Shown in pieces: positions 37,670 through 47,839 of a stretch of 64,000 nt of DNA; the first letter of the stretch is position 1, and each line of letters begins with the position of its first letter. A program made the translations under genes and the position numbers. Origin of the DNA: Spirochaetia bacterium (GTDB lineage Bacteria > Spirochaetota > Spirochaetia > SP-2023); the NCBI GenBank assembly GCA_965263295.1, contig OZ253665.1, positions 1,280,001 through 1,344,000 on the forward strand, read 5' to 3'. The notes beneath the pieces were generated by a model. The model worked only from the letters and a program-made list of their open reading frames with translations, had not been told where the DNA came from and did no database searches.

Positions 37670-39991
37670 ATGTCGGATATAAATATTCCAGGGATCACCA
37701 AGAGCAAGTACCAAACCGACAAAATTATTGCCGGCTTGGTCAAGACGAAACAGATTGAACTCGACCGAATGCAGGCAAGTCGCGACGACTTGGAGCTGAA
37801 GCGCAAAGTTTGGCAAAGTATCAATATCTTGACCATGAAGCTGGAAGATAATGTTCGCAATCTGTATAATGTCGACAGTCCCTTTCGGCAGAAACTTTCT
37901 ACCAGCTCCGACAAGTCGGTACTTACAGTTACGAGCAACCGCCAAGCAGAGAGCGGTGAGCACATCGTACGCGTGCTGCAAACGGCAAAAGCAGACAGCC
38001 TGCATTCTGATGAAATTGCCAACGACTATCAGGTTTCCAACGGAAACTATACTTTTGGCACTGGTAAGGAAACAAAATCTTTCACTTTTAACGGCGGCAC
38101 ACTGCAACAGTTTGTTGCAGTCGCTAATCGTCAATTAAATGGTATTGCACATTTTAATGTGGTCAACAGCCGCGGCCAAAAACAAGTATTAGTTTTTGAG
38201 TCTGCCAAGAGCGGGGTAGAAAACCACCTCACCTTTGATGACCAAGGAAAAAAGCTGGCTCTGGACATCGGCTTGATTCTCGATGCCAATTCTTTACATG
38301 TCGATCTCCTGCAGGAGTCGCTAATTAGTCCTTTCAATGAACTTTCCAATTATAGTTTTTCCGCAAGCAAAAACGAAGTCAGCATTGATCCGGGGCAGGA
38401 GCTGCGCATCAGTTTGCCCAATAACTACACCGTGCGTTCTGGCAGTGTGATGCGCTATGATATCCTGGCCCCATCCGACAAGTTGCCCCCGATCAGTAAC
38501 ACTCCCGACAATCCAATTTTCTCTGGCGACGTGGACGGCGGGCCCGCGCCGCAAGCAGAGCAAGCAGAGCAAGCAGAGCAAGCAGAGCAAGCAGGGCAAG
38601 CAGAACAGCCAGAACAAGCGCAGCTGCCTGAAGACGTCAAAAATCGCCCACGGCCTAGTGGCGACGCCAGTGAAATGCCGCCGCCTTCTGCCACTATTGA
38701 TAATAACAGTATGGATAATGCAGGCAGCGACGAGGCGGTTACTGACATAGACTCAGGCGTAGTGCCGGCGAACCAAGGAAAGGATTCACAAGAGCAGGCT
38801 CTAGTCACAAACGACCCCAAAGATTTTCAAGAAGGCCAAGACAATTCGGCACAAACCTCAAACAGCAAAACCACAGATCGGCAGGATGACCCAATTAGAC
38901 CCAGCAACCCGGATTTACTCAAGTCAACAGCGAACTTCTACTTTGTACAGCAGGGCCGGCGCATCGCTGCCGGCCGCCGCGAAGGTGAAGTTCAAGCCAT
39001 TGGCGTGGCACACGAAGAGATACTGAGCCTGCACAGTATTGATGGCTTGCGTAATATCAGTGAAGTCGTAATACGCAATCCCAACCCCGGCCGCAAGATT
39101 ATTATACGCAACCTGCGCTTTGAGAATGCTGGAATTAAAACTGATTATCTCGCAACTCACCCTATCAGCACAGCGCAAAATGCAATAATTTCTTATTTGG
39201 GCGTAGAGATGGAACGTCCCAGTAACAACGTTGATGACCTCCTGCCCGGCCTAAGCCTGAACCTGAAGCAAGCCAAACCAGAAGAAGAGATTTTGATCCG
39301 CACCGAACCTGCTTACGAGGCTATAACCCAAAGAGTTGCCGATTTTGTAAATTCCTATAACGATTTGATGACACAGCTTAACATCGTCAGCACGAACAAT
39401 GAGATAGTTATTCGAGAAAAAACGGCCTTTACGGACAAGCAACGCGAAGAAGCGCGCGAAGTCTTGGGACTGCTGCAGAGTGACAGCAACGTGGCCAATC
39501 TAAAATACCGCCTGACAGGCAGCGTTGCCGATGGCTATCCCACCGGACTGGGCACTCAAACTCTTTCTGATGTCGGGATTTCGACAAACCTCTCTGGCCT
39601 CCAGGGAAGTATCTATCAGAACAAATTACGCGGTTACCTGGAATTTGATACAGAAATTTTCCAAAACGCCATGGAAGAGAACTTTGAAATGGTCAAAGAT
39701 ATCTTTGGCCGTGACAACGATGGCGATTACACCGTGGATAGCGGCAGCGCATTGGAAGTTCAGCGCATAAGTAATGGCTACACTCAAGCCGGCGGACCGA
39801 TTCCCCACAAAGTCAAGGACTTGGAGCGAAATATTGATGATAGCGAACGCCGTATTTCTGATTACAAAAATTATCTGCTTGATTATGAGGATGAACTAAA
39901 GCTTAAGTATGGCCGTATGGAAGGAACCTTGAACCAGTTAGAACGGCAACAACAGTCGCTAAAAAACTTCAGCGATTCTATGAACCGCTAA
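37670..39991 (+). CDS. fliD: Flagellar filament capping protein FliD (HAP2)
   Basis: MSDINIPG N-terminus, AQNAIISYLGVEMERPSNNVDDLLPGLSLNL, FVNSYN, LSDVGIST, C-terminal KYGRMEGTLNQLERQQQSL. Confidence 0.92.
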   Translation: MSDINIPGITKSKYQTDKIIAGLVKTKQIELDRMQASRDDLELKRKVWQSINILTMKLEDNVRNLYNVDSPFRQKLSTSSDKSVLTVTSNRQAESGEHIVRVLQTAKADSLHSDEIANDYQVSNGNYTFGTGKETKSFTFNGGTLQQFVAVANRQLNGIAHFNVVNSRGQKQVLVFESAKSGVENHLTFDDQGKKLALDIGLILDANSLHVDLLQESLISPFNELSNYSFSASKNEVSIDPGQELRISLPNNYTVRSGSVMRYDILAPSDKLPPISNTPDNPIFSGDVDGGPAPQAEQAEQAEQAEQAGQAEQPEQAQLPEDVKNRPRPSGDASEMPPPSATIDNNSMDNAGSDEAVTDIDSGVVPANQGKDSQEQALVTNDPKDFQEGQDNSAQTSNSKTTDRQDDPIRPSNPDLLKSTANFYFVQQGRRIAAGRREGEVQAIGVAHEEILSLHSIDGLRNISEVVIRNPNPGRKIIIRNLRFENAGIKTDYLATHPISTAQNAIISYLGVEMERPSNNVDDLLPGLSLNLKQAKPEEEILIRTEPAYEAITQRVADFVNSYNDLMTQLNIVSTNNEIVIREKTAFTDKQREEAREVLGLLQSDSNVANLKYRLTGSVADGYPTGLGTQTLSDVGISTNLSGLQGSIYQNKLRGYLEFDTEIFQNAMEENFEMVKDIFGRDNDGDYTVDSGSALEVQRISNGYTQAGGPIPHKVKDLERNIDDSERRISDYKNYLLDYEDELKLKYGRMEGTLNQLERQQQSLKNFSDSMNR
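38552..38623 (+). repeat. 9-bp tandem repeat in fliD (QAE)n
   Basis: CAAGCAGAG x4 perfect, followed by four degenerate units. Confidence 0.9.
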
Positions 39992-40082
39992 ATTATGCCG
40001 GCATAATACCCGGTTTACTTGCCTAAACAAATCCAGACGAGCTGGATTTTAGTCCCAGACCTAGTGCGAGAAGAGGTATGAA

Positions 40083-41798
40083 TTGAAAAAACGGAACATC
40101 AATCTACACGGCAAAATTCTTGCCGAAGCTTTTACAGCAGAAGAACAGCAATGCACGGGCCCCGACGACCAAGTGTATCCATTGGTCGGGGCGACACTCA
40201 ATGGCGAACTTTGCGGACTCAATCAGCCTGTACTCTTTGATTCTGAAATTGAAGCTGTTTATCTTAACGACTTCAAAGGCATGGCCCTCTATCGGAATGG
40301 ACTTTCCTTTGTCTTACTGCAGTCTTGGTACGCCCTGGCCGAAGGGTTGAGCGGAGGAGTAGAACAGGAAGCGAGCGAAGGTGAAAATATTCGTCAGGCT
40401 TTTAAGGAACTAGGCAACCTGACCATCGGGCCGACCATGGGCTCCAGCTTCTACTGCTACTTTGACAAAGAAATCAATCAGGCGTTAATCCTGAAACTTA
40501 AGCGGCAAATGCAAGCTTGGGTCGCGGCAGACCTGCCGATCAAACTAAATTATATCAGCTACACTTCAGCCGTGCAAAACTATGGGCACAAGGTTGAATG
40601 GCAGGAATATCTGAGCCTTTCCAACCGCAACCGCATCCCCGTGTATAGCCTGGCCGGCGAAGGACAGCTCACTAGCCCCCTGGTGCTTCCCTGCGTCCAC
40701 CGCTGTGGCCTCTTACAAGCCTTTGACTTGCAGAAAAAGGCCGGCGGTTTTTTCTTGCGTTTTCCCAGAAATGCCACTCCCTTTTTCGTGGGGAGTGATG
40801 CCGCATATGCTTCACAGCTACTTGATATCTACCGCAGTTACAAGCAGTGGAACCGGAATGTCGGAGTCGACAACGTGGCGAGCCTAGTGACTCGCACACA
40901 ACAAAAAAACGGTATTGACAAACTCATTACCTTATCTGAAATACACCAGCAGAAAAACATGGCCCAGATTGCCGATGCCGTGTTGCAGAGAGACTCGGCA
41001 CGCCTACTTTTGGTCGCAGGCCCCTCTTCTTCGGGAAAAACCACATTCACTAAAAAGCTGGCCCTGCAGCTAGAAATCTTGGGATATCAGACAGTCATCG
41101 TCTCTTTGGACGACTTTTATCTGGGCAAAGCGCTTGCCCCCAAAGACGAAGATGGCAAACCAGATTTGGAGTGCCTGGAAGCTCTAAACCTAGAACGCCT
41201 CAACCAGAACTTAAAAGACTTGTTAGCCGGTAAAAAAGTCGAGTTCCCGCGCTTCGACTTCACCACAGGACAGACGGCCCCCAAAGGCCATTGGCTGCAA
41301 TTGCCCGACAATGCCATCTTATTGCTCGAAGGTATACACGGCCTGAATCCCAAACTGACTCCCAGTATTCCGCGCGAAGAGAAATTCCACGTCTATATCT
41401 CGGCCTTGACCCAGTTAAACATCCTGCCTTCCCTGCGCATGCCCACTTCGGATAATCGGCTTTTGCGCCGCATCGTGCGCGACTACCAATTCCGCGGCCA
41501 CAGCGCCAACGAAACTCTGGCTCTGTGGAACTCGGTTCAACGCGGCGAGCGACTGCATATCTTGCCCCATCAGGACAAAGCCGACACGGTATTCAATTCG
41601 GCCCTTGAGTACGAAATACCCATCCTCAAGACATACGCCGCCCCTCTCCTAAAGCAAATCAAGCCTCGACAAGAAACCTACGCGGCAGCTAAGCGCCTGG
41701 AGAGCATCCTTTCATTTTTTCCGTCCTTGCCTTCAAGTCCAGTGCCCAAAGATTCAATCTTGCGCGAATTTATCGGCGGCAGCAGCTTTCACTATTAA
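40083..41798 (+). CDS. Nucleoside/uridine kinase with a ThrRS-N-like N-terminal region
   Basis: AGPSSSGKTT, SLDDFY, EGIHGLNP, DNRLLRRIVRDYQFRG, FNSALEYE, SILREFIGGS. Confidence 0.88.
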   Translation: MKKRNINLHGKILAEAFTAEEQQCTGPDDQVYPLVGATLNGELCGLNQPVLFDSEIEAVYLNDFKGMALYRNGLSFVLLQSWYALAEGLSGGVEQEASEGENIRQAFKELGNLTIGPTMGSSFYCYFDKEINQALILKLKRQMQAWVAADLPIKLNYISYTSAVQNYGHKVEWQEYLSLSNRNRIPVYSLAGEGQLTSPLVLPCVHRCGLLQAFDLQKKAGGFFLRFPRNATPFFVGSDAAYASQLLDIYRSYKQWNRNVGVDNVASLVTRTQQKNGIDKLITLSEIHQQKNMAQIADAVLQRDSARLLLVAGPSSSGKTTFTKKLALQLEILGYQTVIVSLDDFYLGKALAPKDEDGKPDLECLEALNLERLNQNLKDLLAGKKVEFPRFDFTTGQTAPKGHWLQLPDNAILLLEGIHGLNPKLTPSIPREEKFHVYISALTQLNILPSLRMPTSDNRLLRRIVRDYQFRGHSANETLALWNSVQRGERLHILPHQDKADTVFNSALEYEIPILKTYAAPLLKQIKPRQETYAAAKRLESILSFFPSLPSSPVPKDSILREFIGGSSFHY

Positions 41799-42030
41799 AA
41801 GAGATTGTCTCTGAGCTCTGATAAATCTGCTCCTTCGCCCTATAAATCGACATAGAATCAACAAAATGATCGACATAAACGGAGTAAAACTCGGACGTGA
41901 GTAATAAATTATGCCGCAATATCAGGAGTCACATTCGACGAAACATGACAATGTAGCCCTAACCGTATATTGGGGTCAATATACTCGTGCGTCCGGTTTT
42001 GAAAGCCTCCGGCAGAAAAATCCGGGCGAA

Positions 42031-42744
42031 ATGTTGCGAAGGCAGCTCCTACGCCTGGCACTGCTGGGAGTACTGCTCGTTGCTGCTTGCCAAAGCGCCG
42101 CCATTCGGCCAAGAGCGCCAAGTATGTCAAGTGCGGCAAATTCGTCAAGCGCACCCGGCAACTTAAAAAACACTCGCCAAACTTACGCGCCCCAAACCAC
42201 AGAAACAGAAGTGCCCCAAACAAAAACCAAATCCTTTACGCCTCAATCCCCAGAGATTACTCTTGCCAAGCCGGCAGGGCCGGCGGCAGAAACAACCGAA
42301 ACCGCAACAACCGTCCTTGACAAGGAAGAGACAAAGTCGAGGCACCCGTCTGGTCTGCTCGGTCGCTATGAAGTTTTTAACGCCGTTGCAATCGGGACTT
42401 CCAGACTTGGCCAGATCAAGCCTGGCGAATATTACTGGGGCAGTTTTGTGGTTACGGCAGAACGCAAATTACGCTTTTTTGTCGACGCAAAGCTACAGCA
42501 AAAATACCAAAGCTACTTTACCGAGCGAGACTTAAAAACGGCTAATTTTAGTATTTGCGGAGAGCTGCCGGCGAGCGGAGACCTGAGCCGCCTGTATTTT
42601 ACAACCCCGCGCCAGTCCGGCTTTTTATTCAGCGGCTCCATCCGGAGCCGCAAAGGTATGACTAACCTAGTACCCCTTTACTACCAGGGGCGCTTAGTCC
42701 GCGTCAAATTCACCAAGCGCCCGCTGCAATTAGGCCGGCAATAA
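42031..42744 (+). CDS. Hypothetical lipoprotein
   Basis: MLRRQLLRLALLGVLLVAAC lipoprotein signal, Thr/Pro-rich linker, then a beta-rich C-terminus; the open frame begins at 41911. Confidence 0.7.
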   Translation: MLRRQLLRLALLGVLLVAACQSAAIRPRAPSMSSAANSSSAPGNLKNTRQTYAPQTTETEVPQTKTKSFTPQSPEITLAKPAGPAAETTETATTVLDKEETKSRHPSGLLGRYEVFNAVAIGTSRLGQIKPGEYYWGSFVVTAERKLRFFVDAKLQQKYQSYFTERDLKTANFSICGELPASGDLSRLYFTTPRQSGFLFSGSIRSRKGMTNLVPLYYQGRLVRVKFTKRPLQLGRQ

Positions 42745-42770
42745 CCGGCAGCCAGCCTCCCAGACTTTGT

Positions 42771-42868
42771 CGTTTTCTTTAAATCCAAATCCCTTTTTCC
42801 AGCAAACGGCCAATACGTTTGGACATGGCCAAGGGGTCGGCAATAAGCAGACCGGCGGCCAGCTGGGC
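42771..42868 (-). repeat. Direct repeat, distal copy: duplicated htpG 3' end (98 bp)
   Basis: Identical to 43644-43741 by direct comparison. Confidence 0.95.
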
Positions 42869-42876
42869 TAGCATCT

Positions 42877-43515
42877 CTAAAAAAAATAGGTTATGGGGTA
42901 CACAAGAGCCTGGTAGAGTGTAAATTGAAAATGTCCTTCAAAGAACAGAGGAGCAGCCAGCCTAGTAAAGATCAGCCTATAACTGGAGAGTAATACAAGC
43001 CAAATCACGAGCGTAATTAAAGTTTTCTTAAAAAGGCCAACAACTGTTTGGTCTGCAATTTCATTAGCAACTCCCACTGAAGATCGTCCCGTGATCCAAA
43101 AGCCCAATCGACTCCCAAAAGAGTTAGCTAGTCTTATTTCAGATTCTTGATAAGCTTCATCATAGATTTTATCTCTAAGGTACTCTTTAAGGTTAAATCG
43201 ATAAACAATAATAAATTTTAAAGTAAGAGGAGTATTACGGATGAATGAGACAAGGCATGAAACCACATAGGAAAGATACAAACTACAGGCCCAATACTTC
43301 GCAGCCGACTCGGAGAAGTAAAAGACAGCCCAACATGCCAAGAAACCAATCAGACTGATTATAATCCCAACAATGCCTTTTATGATGGAAACCTGAATCT
43401 CTTTCCAGACTTGAGATGAAGCCTCGGTGATCCCCTGTTCTATCCTGTTTTCGATTAAGGCATTAACTCCTAGCCTGATGCCGTAAATGGCAACAGGCAC
43501 AAGTATCTGAATCAC
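42877..43515 (-). CDS. Hypothetical membrane protein (AT-rich islet cargo)
   Basis: 212-aa ORF with about 3-4 hydrophobic segments, located between the two direct repeats. Confidence 0.75.
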   Translation of the reverse strand: MIQILVPVAIYGIRLGVNALIENRIEQGITEASSQVWKEIQVSIIKGIVGIIISLIGFLACWAVFYFSESAAKYWACSLYLSYVVSCLVSFIRNTPLTLKFIIVYRFNLKEYLRDKIYDEAYQESEIRLANSFGSRLGFWITGRSSVGVANEIADQTVVGLFKKTLITLVIWLVLLSSYRLIFTRLAAPLFFEGHFQFTLYQALVYPITYFF

Positions 43516-43643
43516 GTCAATTTTCCCCCATGATCTTACCCCAGAGAGACCTTAGCAAAATTTTCAGAGAAATGAAATTAGCATTTTATTATAACCAACC
43601 GAAGATGCACAGCTACCAAAACCATACAATCCCCTGATTTTGC

Positions 43644-43741
43644 CGTTTTCTTTAAATCCAAATCCCTTTTTCCAGCAAACGGCCAATACGTTTGGACATG
43701 GCCAAGGGGTCGGCAATAAGCAGACCGGCGGCCAGCTGGGC
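43644..43741 (-). repeat. Direct repeat, in-gene copy: htpG 3' end (98 bp)
   Basis: Identical to 42771-42868. Confidence 0.95.
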
Positions 43742-45592
43742 CTGTTCCAGTAAAAGGTGGGCAACATCACTAATGTCGGCATCGGCTGAAGTGGTAATGC
43801 GCTCGTGCAGTCTCTGAACAATCGTATGGTCTGCGTTGATTTCCAAAATGGGCTTGGCCGCTGGAGCCTCCTGCCCCATGGCCCTCATCATTTGTTGCAA
43901 CTGCGCGGAAGGGTCGTTTTGGTCATCAATCACACAGGCCGGCGATTCCGTCAGACGCAATGAAAGCGTGACGTCCTTTACCTCATTCTGCAATACTTCT
44001 TTTAGCTTTTCGAGCAACTTACCATACTCTTTGCTCTTTGACTCCTGTTCTTTGTCGCTCCCCTCATCCTTTAGTTCGTCCGTGCTGCCTGCTCGATTGA
44101 CTCCCTTAATCGGCAAGTGCTTGTCGTCGAACTTGTAAGGTCCCAATTGGGAAGCAATAATCTCGTCGATCTCATCATCGAGAATTAAAACCTCAAGGCC
44201 CTTCTTTTTGTAGGCTTCTAGCAATGGAGAATTTTGCAACTGTTCGGCTTTGTGACCCGTAATATAATAAATGCTTTGCTGGGCGTCCTTCATGCGCTGA
44301 CAATATTCTTGCAGGGAAGTCCAGCCCTCGGCACCTTCCTTGCCCACGGTCACGGTGGAGCGAAAACGGATCAACTGCTGTAACTCTTCGCGATGCTCAT
44401 AATCACTGTACAAACCTTCCTTCAGCGGTCGGTTGTACTGTTCAATAAACTTGATATATTTTTCTTTGTCGTTTTTAGCCAGCAGGGCAAACTCACCCAG
44501 CAATTTCTTGACCGATGCCTTGCGAATCTGCTGCAATATGCGATTCTGTTGCAGGATTTCGCGGCTGACATTCAAAGGTAAATCTTCAGAATCAATAATA
44601 CCGCGGACAAAACGCAAGTAGACCGGCAGAAACTCTCGGTTGTCGTCACTGATAAATACCCGCCGGACATAAAGTTTGAGGCCAGAGCGGTAATCCGCTT
44701 GATACATGTCAAAGGGCGCTTTCTCCGGCACAAAGAACAGCGAAGTATACTCCAGCGTCCCCTCAGCCTGGGTATGGATCGTCTGCCAAGGCTCACAAGT
44801 ATCGTGGGCCAGGCTCTGAAAGAATTCCTTGTATTCTTCTTCTGCAATCTCCGATTTAGGGCGCTTCCACAGGGCTGAAGCGCTGTTGCACTGCTCGTCC
44901 TTGCATTCTTTGCCGTCCTTCTTTTCGCCTTTCTCGTCATATTGATCCTGATAACTCTTAAGAAAGATGGGGAAGGCCACATGGTTGGAGTACTTTTGAA
45001 TCACGCGCTCCAGACTCCAACGGGTGTTAAAACCTTCGCTGCCCTCGCGACCTTGGGCATCTTCGTTGAAATGCAGGGTAACTGTAGTACCGTGGTCCTC
45101 GCGCTCCGCTTCTGTCAATGTGTACTCTTCACTGCCATCGCTAATCCACTGGTATGCCTTCTCGCAGAGGGCTCTCTTCGTCAATACCTCTACCTTGTCG
45201 GCCACCATGAAAGCCGAGTAGAAACCCACGCCAAATTGACCAATTAAATTGGAATCCTTCTTCTGATCCTCGCCGAGAGAACTAAGGAACTTCTTAGTTC
45301 CGCTGCTGGCGACAGTCCCGAGATTCTCCGCCAGGTCCTCTTCATCCATGCCAATGCCATTGTCGATCACCTGTAGCTGCTTGCCATCCTCACTGAGTTC
45401 AATTTCAATTTTCGGATTGAATTCAAGACTTTTATAGGCCTCGTCTGTCAACGTCAGGTATTTAAGCTTGTCGATCGCATCGGAAGAGTTCGAAATGAGT
45501 TCGCGTAAAAAAATCTCGCGGTTTGAATAAAGTGAGTGGATCACTAAGTCTAAAATCTGTTTGACTTCGGTTTTAAACTTGCGTTTTCCCAT
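43652..45592 (-). CDS. htpG: Molecular chaperone HtpG (Hsp90)
   Basis: HSLYSNREIFLRELISNSSDA, DNGIGM, NLGTVASSGT, IGQFGVGFYS, DSEDLPLNVSREILQ. Confidence 0.98.
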   Translation of the reverse strand: MGKRKFKTEVKQILDLVIHSLYSNREIFLRELISNSSDAIDKLKYLTLTDEAYKSLEFNPKIEIELSEDGKQLQVIDNGIGMDEEDLAENLGTVASSGTKKFLSSLGEDQKKDSNLIGQFGVGFYSAFMVADKVEVLTKRALCEKAYQWISDGSEEYTLTEAEREDHGTTVTLHFNEDAQGREGSEGFNTRWSLERVIQKYSNHVAFPIFLKSYQDQYDEKGEKKDGKECKDEQCNSASALWKRPKSEIAEEEYKEFFQSLAHDTCEPWQTIHTQAEGTLEYTSLFFVPEKAPFDMYQADYRSGLKLYVRRVFISDDNREFLPVYLRFVRGIIDSEDLPLNVSREILQQNRILQQIRKASVKKLLGEFALLAKNDKEKYIKFIEQYNRPLKEGLYSDYEHREELQQLIRFRSTVTVGKEGAEGWTSLQEYCQRMKDAQQSIYYITGHKAEQLQNSPLLEAYKKKGLEVLILDDEIDEIIASQLGPYKFDDKHLPIKGVNRAGSTDELKDEGSDKEQESKSKEYGKLLEKLKEVLQNEVKDVTLSLRLTESPACVIDDQNDPSAQLQQMMRAMGQEAPAAKPILEINADHTIVQRLHERITTSADADISDVAHLLLEQAQLAAGLLIADPLAMSKRIGRLLEKGIWI

Positions 45593-45779
45593 AAATATTT
45601 CCTTCGTTTGCTCTAGTTTGGAATAAAAGTAAACAATTCATTGCCCGACGGCTAGAAAAATTTTACAGAAACGGCACTTTCGCGGATCAAGCGGACGCTA
45701 AGCCGGATTAAATAGCTTGCTTAAAATTCCAAGATAATTTACGATAAAGTATAAATTGCAACAGGAACGACAACACTAC

Positions 45780-46826
45780 ATGGAAAGACGCAAATTAGGC
45801 AGCTCCGATTTACAAGTCAGCAAAATCTGCCTGGGGACAATGACTTGGGGTTATCAAAACAGCGAAGCCGACGCTCACGCGCAAATGGACTACGCATTAG
45901 ATCGCGGGGTAAACTTCTGGGATACTGCGGAGCTTTACGCCGTGCCGCCATCTGCCGAAAGTTACGGCAAAACCGAAAGCTATATTGGGAAGTGGTTCGC
46001 CCAAACAGGTCGGCGCAAGGACGTTATCCTGGCCAGTAAAGTCGGCGGTTCAGGGCCGCAGTGGATTCGCACCGGCCGCGAGGGCTACACGCCTGAAGGC
46101 ATCCGCGAGGCCCTAGACAACAGCCTCAGGCGTTTACAGACAGACTACATTGACCTTTACCAGCTGCACTGGCCGCAGCGTCAGGTGCCCAAATTTGGCC
46201 TGCACGACTTTGAACCTTCCTGGCACAAAGACGATGATCGCCTAGAAGAAACCCTGGCCACTCTGGGCCAGCTAGTCGCCGCGGGCAAGATCCGCCATGT
46301 CGGCCTTTCGAATGAAACACCCTGGGGCGTCATGCGCTGTCTTGAACTCCAACGCCGCAATCCCGCTACATTGCCGCGCATCCAGAGTGTGCAAAATGCC
46401 TACAGCCTCGTAAACCGCATTGCCGACATCCACCTCTCGGAAGTTTTGCTGCGCGAACGGGTGTCCCTACTGCCGTATTCACCCCTGGCTGGCGGTCTTC
46501 TGAGTGGCAAATACCAAGGGGGGCAAAAACCGCAGGGAGCTCGTTTTACCACCTGGGGAGCCAGCCGCATGTCGCGCTACCTCAATTCGGACACCGATGC
46601 CGCTGTCAGCAATTATGTCTCTTTAGCTAAAGAATTTGGCATCAGTTCGGCAAGCCTGGCCAATGCGTTTGTCAACGATCGGCCTTTTGTCGCCAGCAAT
46701 ATCATCGGGGCAAGTACTATGGCCCAGCTTGAGGAAAATATCGACTCTGCCGAGCTGTGTCTCAGCAAAGAACTATTGGCCCGAATTGAAGAAATTCATT
46801 TGCGGCGGCCCAACCCTTCCGTTTAA
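45780..46826 (+). CDS. NADP(H)-dependent aldo-keto reductase (Tas-like)
   Basis: ICLGTMTWG, DTAELY, SLRRLQTDYIDLYQLHWPQR, GKIRHVGLSNETPWG, YSPLAGGLLSGKY. Confidence 0.93.
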   Translation: MERRKLGSSDLQVSKICLGTMTWGYQNSEADAHAQMDYALDRGVNFWDTAELYAVPPSAESYGKTESYIGKWFAQTGRRKDVILASKVGGSGPQWIRTGREGYTPEGIREALDNSLRRLQTDYIDLYQLHWPQRQVPKFGLHDFEPSWHKDDDRLEETLATLGQLVAAGKIRHVGLSNETPWGVMRCLELQRRNPATLPRIQSVQNAYSLVNRIADIHLSEVLLRERVSLLPYSPLAGGLLSGKYQGGQKPQGARFTTWGASRMSRYLNSDTDAAVSNYVSLAKEFGISSASLANAFVNDRPFVASNIIGASTMAQLEENIDSAELCLSKELLARIEEIHLRRPNPSV

Positions 46827-46898
46827 TTTTTGCACAAATAGTCAGACAATCCAGTCAATATAACAAGAAGGTTTACAAAGACTAAGGTACCGGAGGCA

Positions 46899-47687
46899 AT
46901 GATGAATAAAAAGCAGTATATGACATTTTTTCTACTATTAGTTTTGGGCCATTTCACAAATACCTCACTCAAAGGACAAGAGGCCGAAGCAGGAGAGAAC
47001 AATCAAACGAATTCCGATGAGCAAGATGAATCCATCGTTACCGATGATCATCTACTGAAGTTACAGCGCAGCTATTTGCTCAACTTAATGGTCTATAGCG
47101 ATGATCCTGGCGAAAAACCTCTCGCATTACAACGTCTGAGCCAACTGATTGACTCCGGCCAACTGCAACAGGATGACGAGCTGACCATCAACACTCTGTT
47201 GCGTTTGGCTCAGCAAGGTACAGCGCAAAAGAATTACGACAACGATGGCAACCTTACCAACAATAATTTTCTTGTGCGCGCCGCTGCCTGCAATCTAATG
47301 GGCAAACTGGGGGGCAATATAGTCAAAGCAAGTCTGGTTTCAATCATGGAAAGCGATAATGAACCAACTATTGTCGCCATCGCGATGGAAAATATTCTGA
47401 AGATAGACCCGCAAGGTAGCCCGACTCTAATTGAAAATATAGTCTCAAATTTCTATAAATATCATTACACCAATCGAGACAATGCACTTGCCAATACTTT
47501 CATTTATGTGGCCGCCGCATATGCGGCCAACAGTGATGGCAAACTGCTTTCACCCGCTTTATTACAGGCCGTTCACGATGTAAGCCTGCCAAGTAATTCA
47601 TATACAACAGCTATTCGAACCAAAGCCCGTTCACTGATACTTAACTGGAGTGGCGCGAGTTACCCGAAATATGAAGATGCCCAATAG
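46899..47687 (+). CDS. Exported HEAT-repeat-like protein
   Basis: Signal peptide; NFLVRAAACNLMGKLGG...DNEPTIVAIA helical-repeat motif; RBS GGAGG. Confidence 0.65.
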   Translation: MMNKKQYMTFFLLLVLGHFTNTSLKGQEAEAGENNQTNSDEQDESIVTDDHLLKLQRSYLLNLMVYSDDPGEKPLALQRLSQLIDSGQLQQDDELTINTLLRLAQQGTAQKNYDNDGNLTNNNFLVRAAACNLMGKLGGNIVKASLVSIMESDNEPTIVAIAMENILKIDPQGSPTLIENIVSNFYKYHYTNRDNALANTFIYVAAAYAANSDGKLLSPALLQAVHDVSLPSNSYTTAIRTKARSLILNWSGASYPKYEDAQ

Positions 47688-47839
47688 TTTTTACACCTTT
47701 GGAGATGGGGGCGAATCAGGATGAATTATGGAATGATTAAAGGACTGGACGTCAGTTGTGCTTTTGTCGCGAAAGAAAAACAAGAGTTGCTCAATTGAAT
47801 TTTTGTAAAGTTCTGCTAAAAATATAAAATAGGTTCATT

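Noticed and set aside
43564..43821. 85-aa ORF overlapping the htpG end
   Set aside because: It is an alternative-frame overlap with no RBS or motif support
45593..45779. CIRCE heat-shock element upstream of htpG
   Set aside because: No TTAGCACTC-N9-GAGTGCTAA match was found
47699..47839. Possible fluoride riboswitch upstream of crcB (GGAGATGG at 47701)
   Set aside because: Only the 5' GGAGAUGG word matches. The complementary CUCC strand and the 3' GCUGAUGAC-like pseudoknot segment are not visible. An Rfam crcB scan would settle it.
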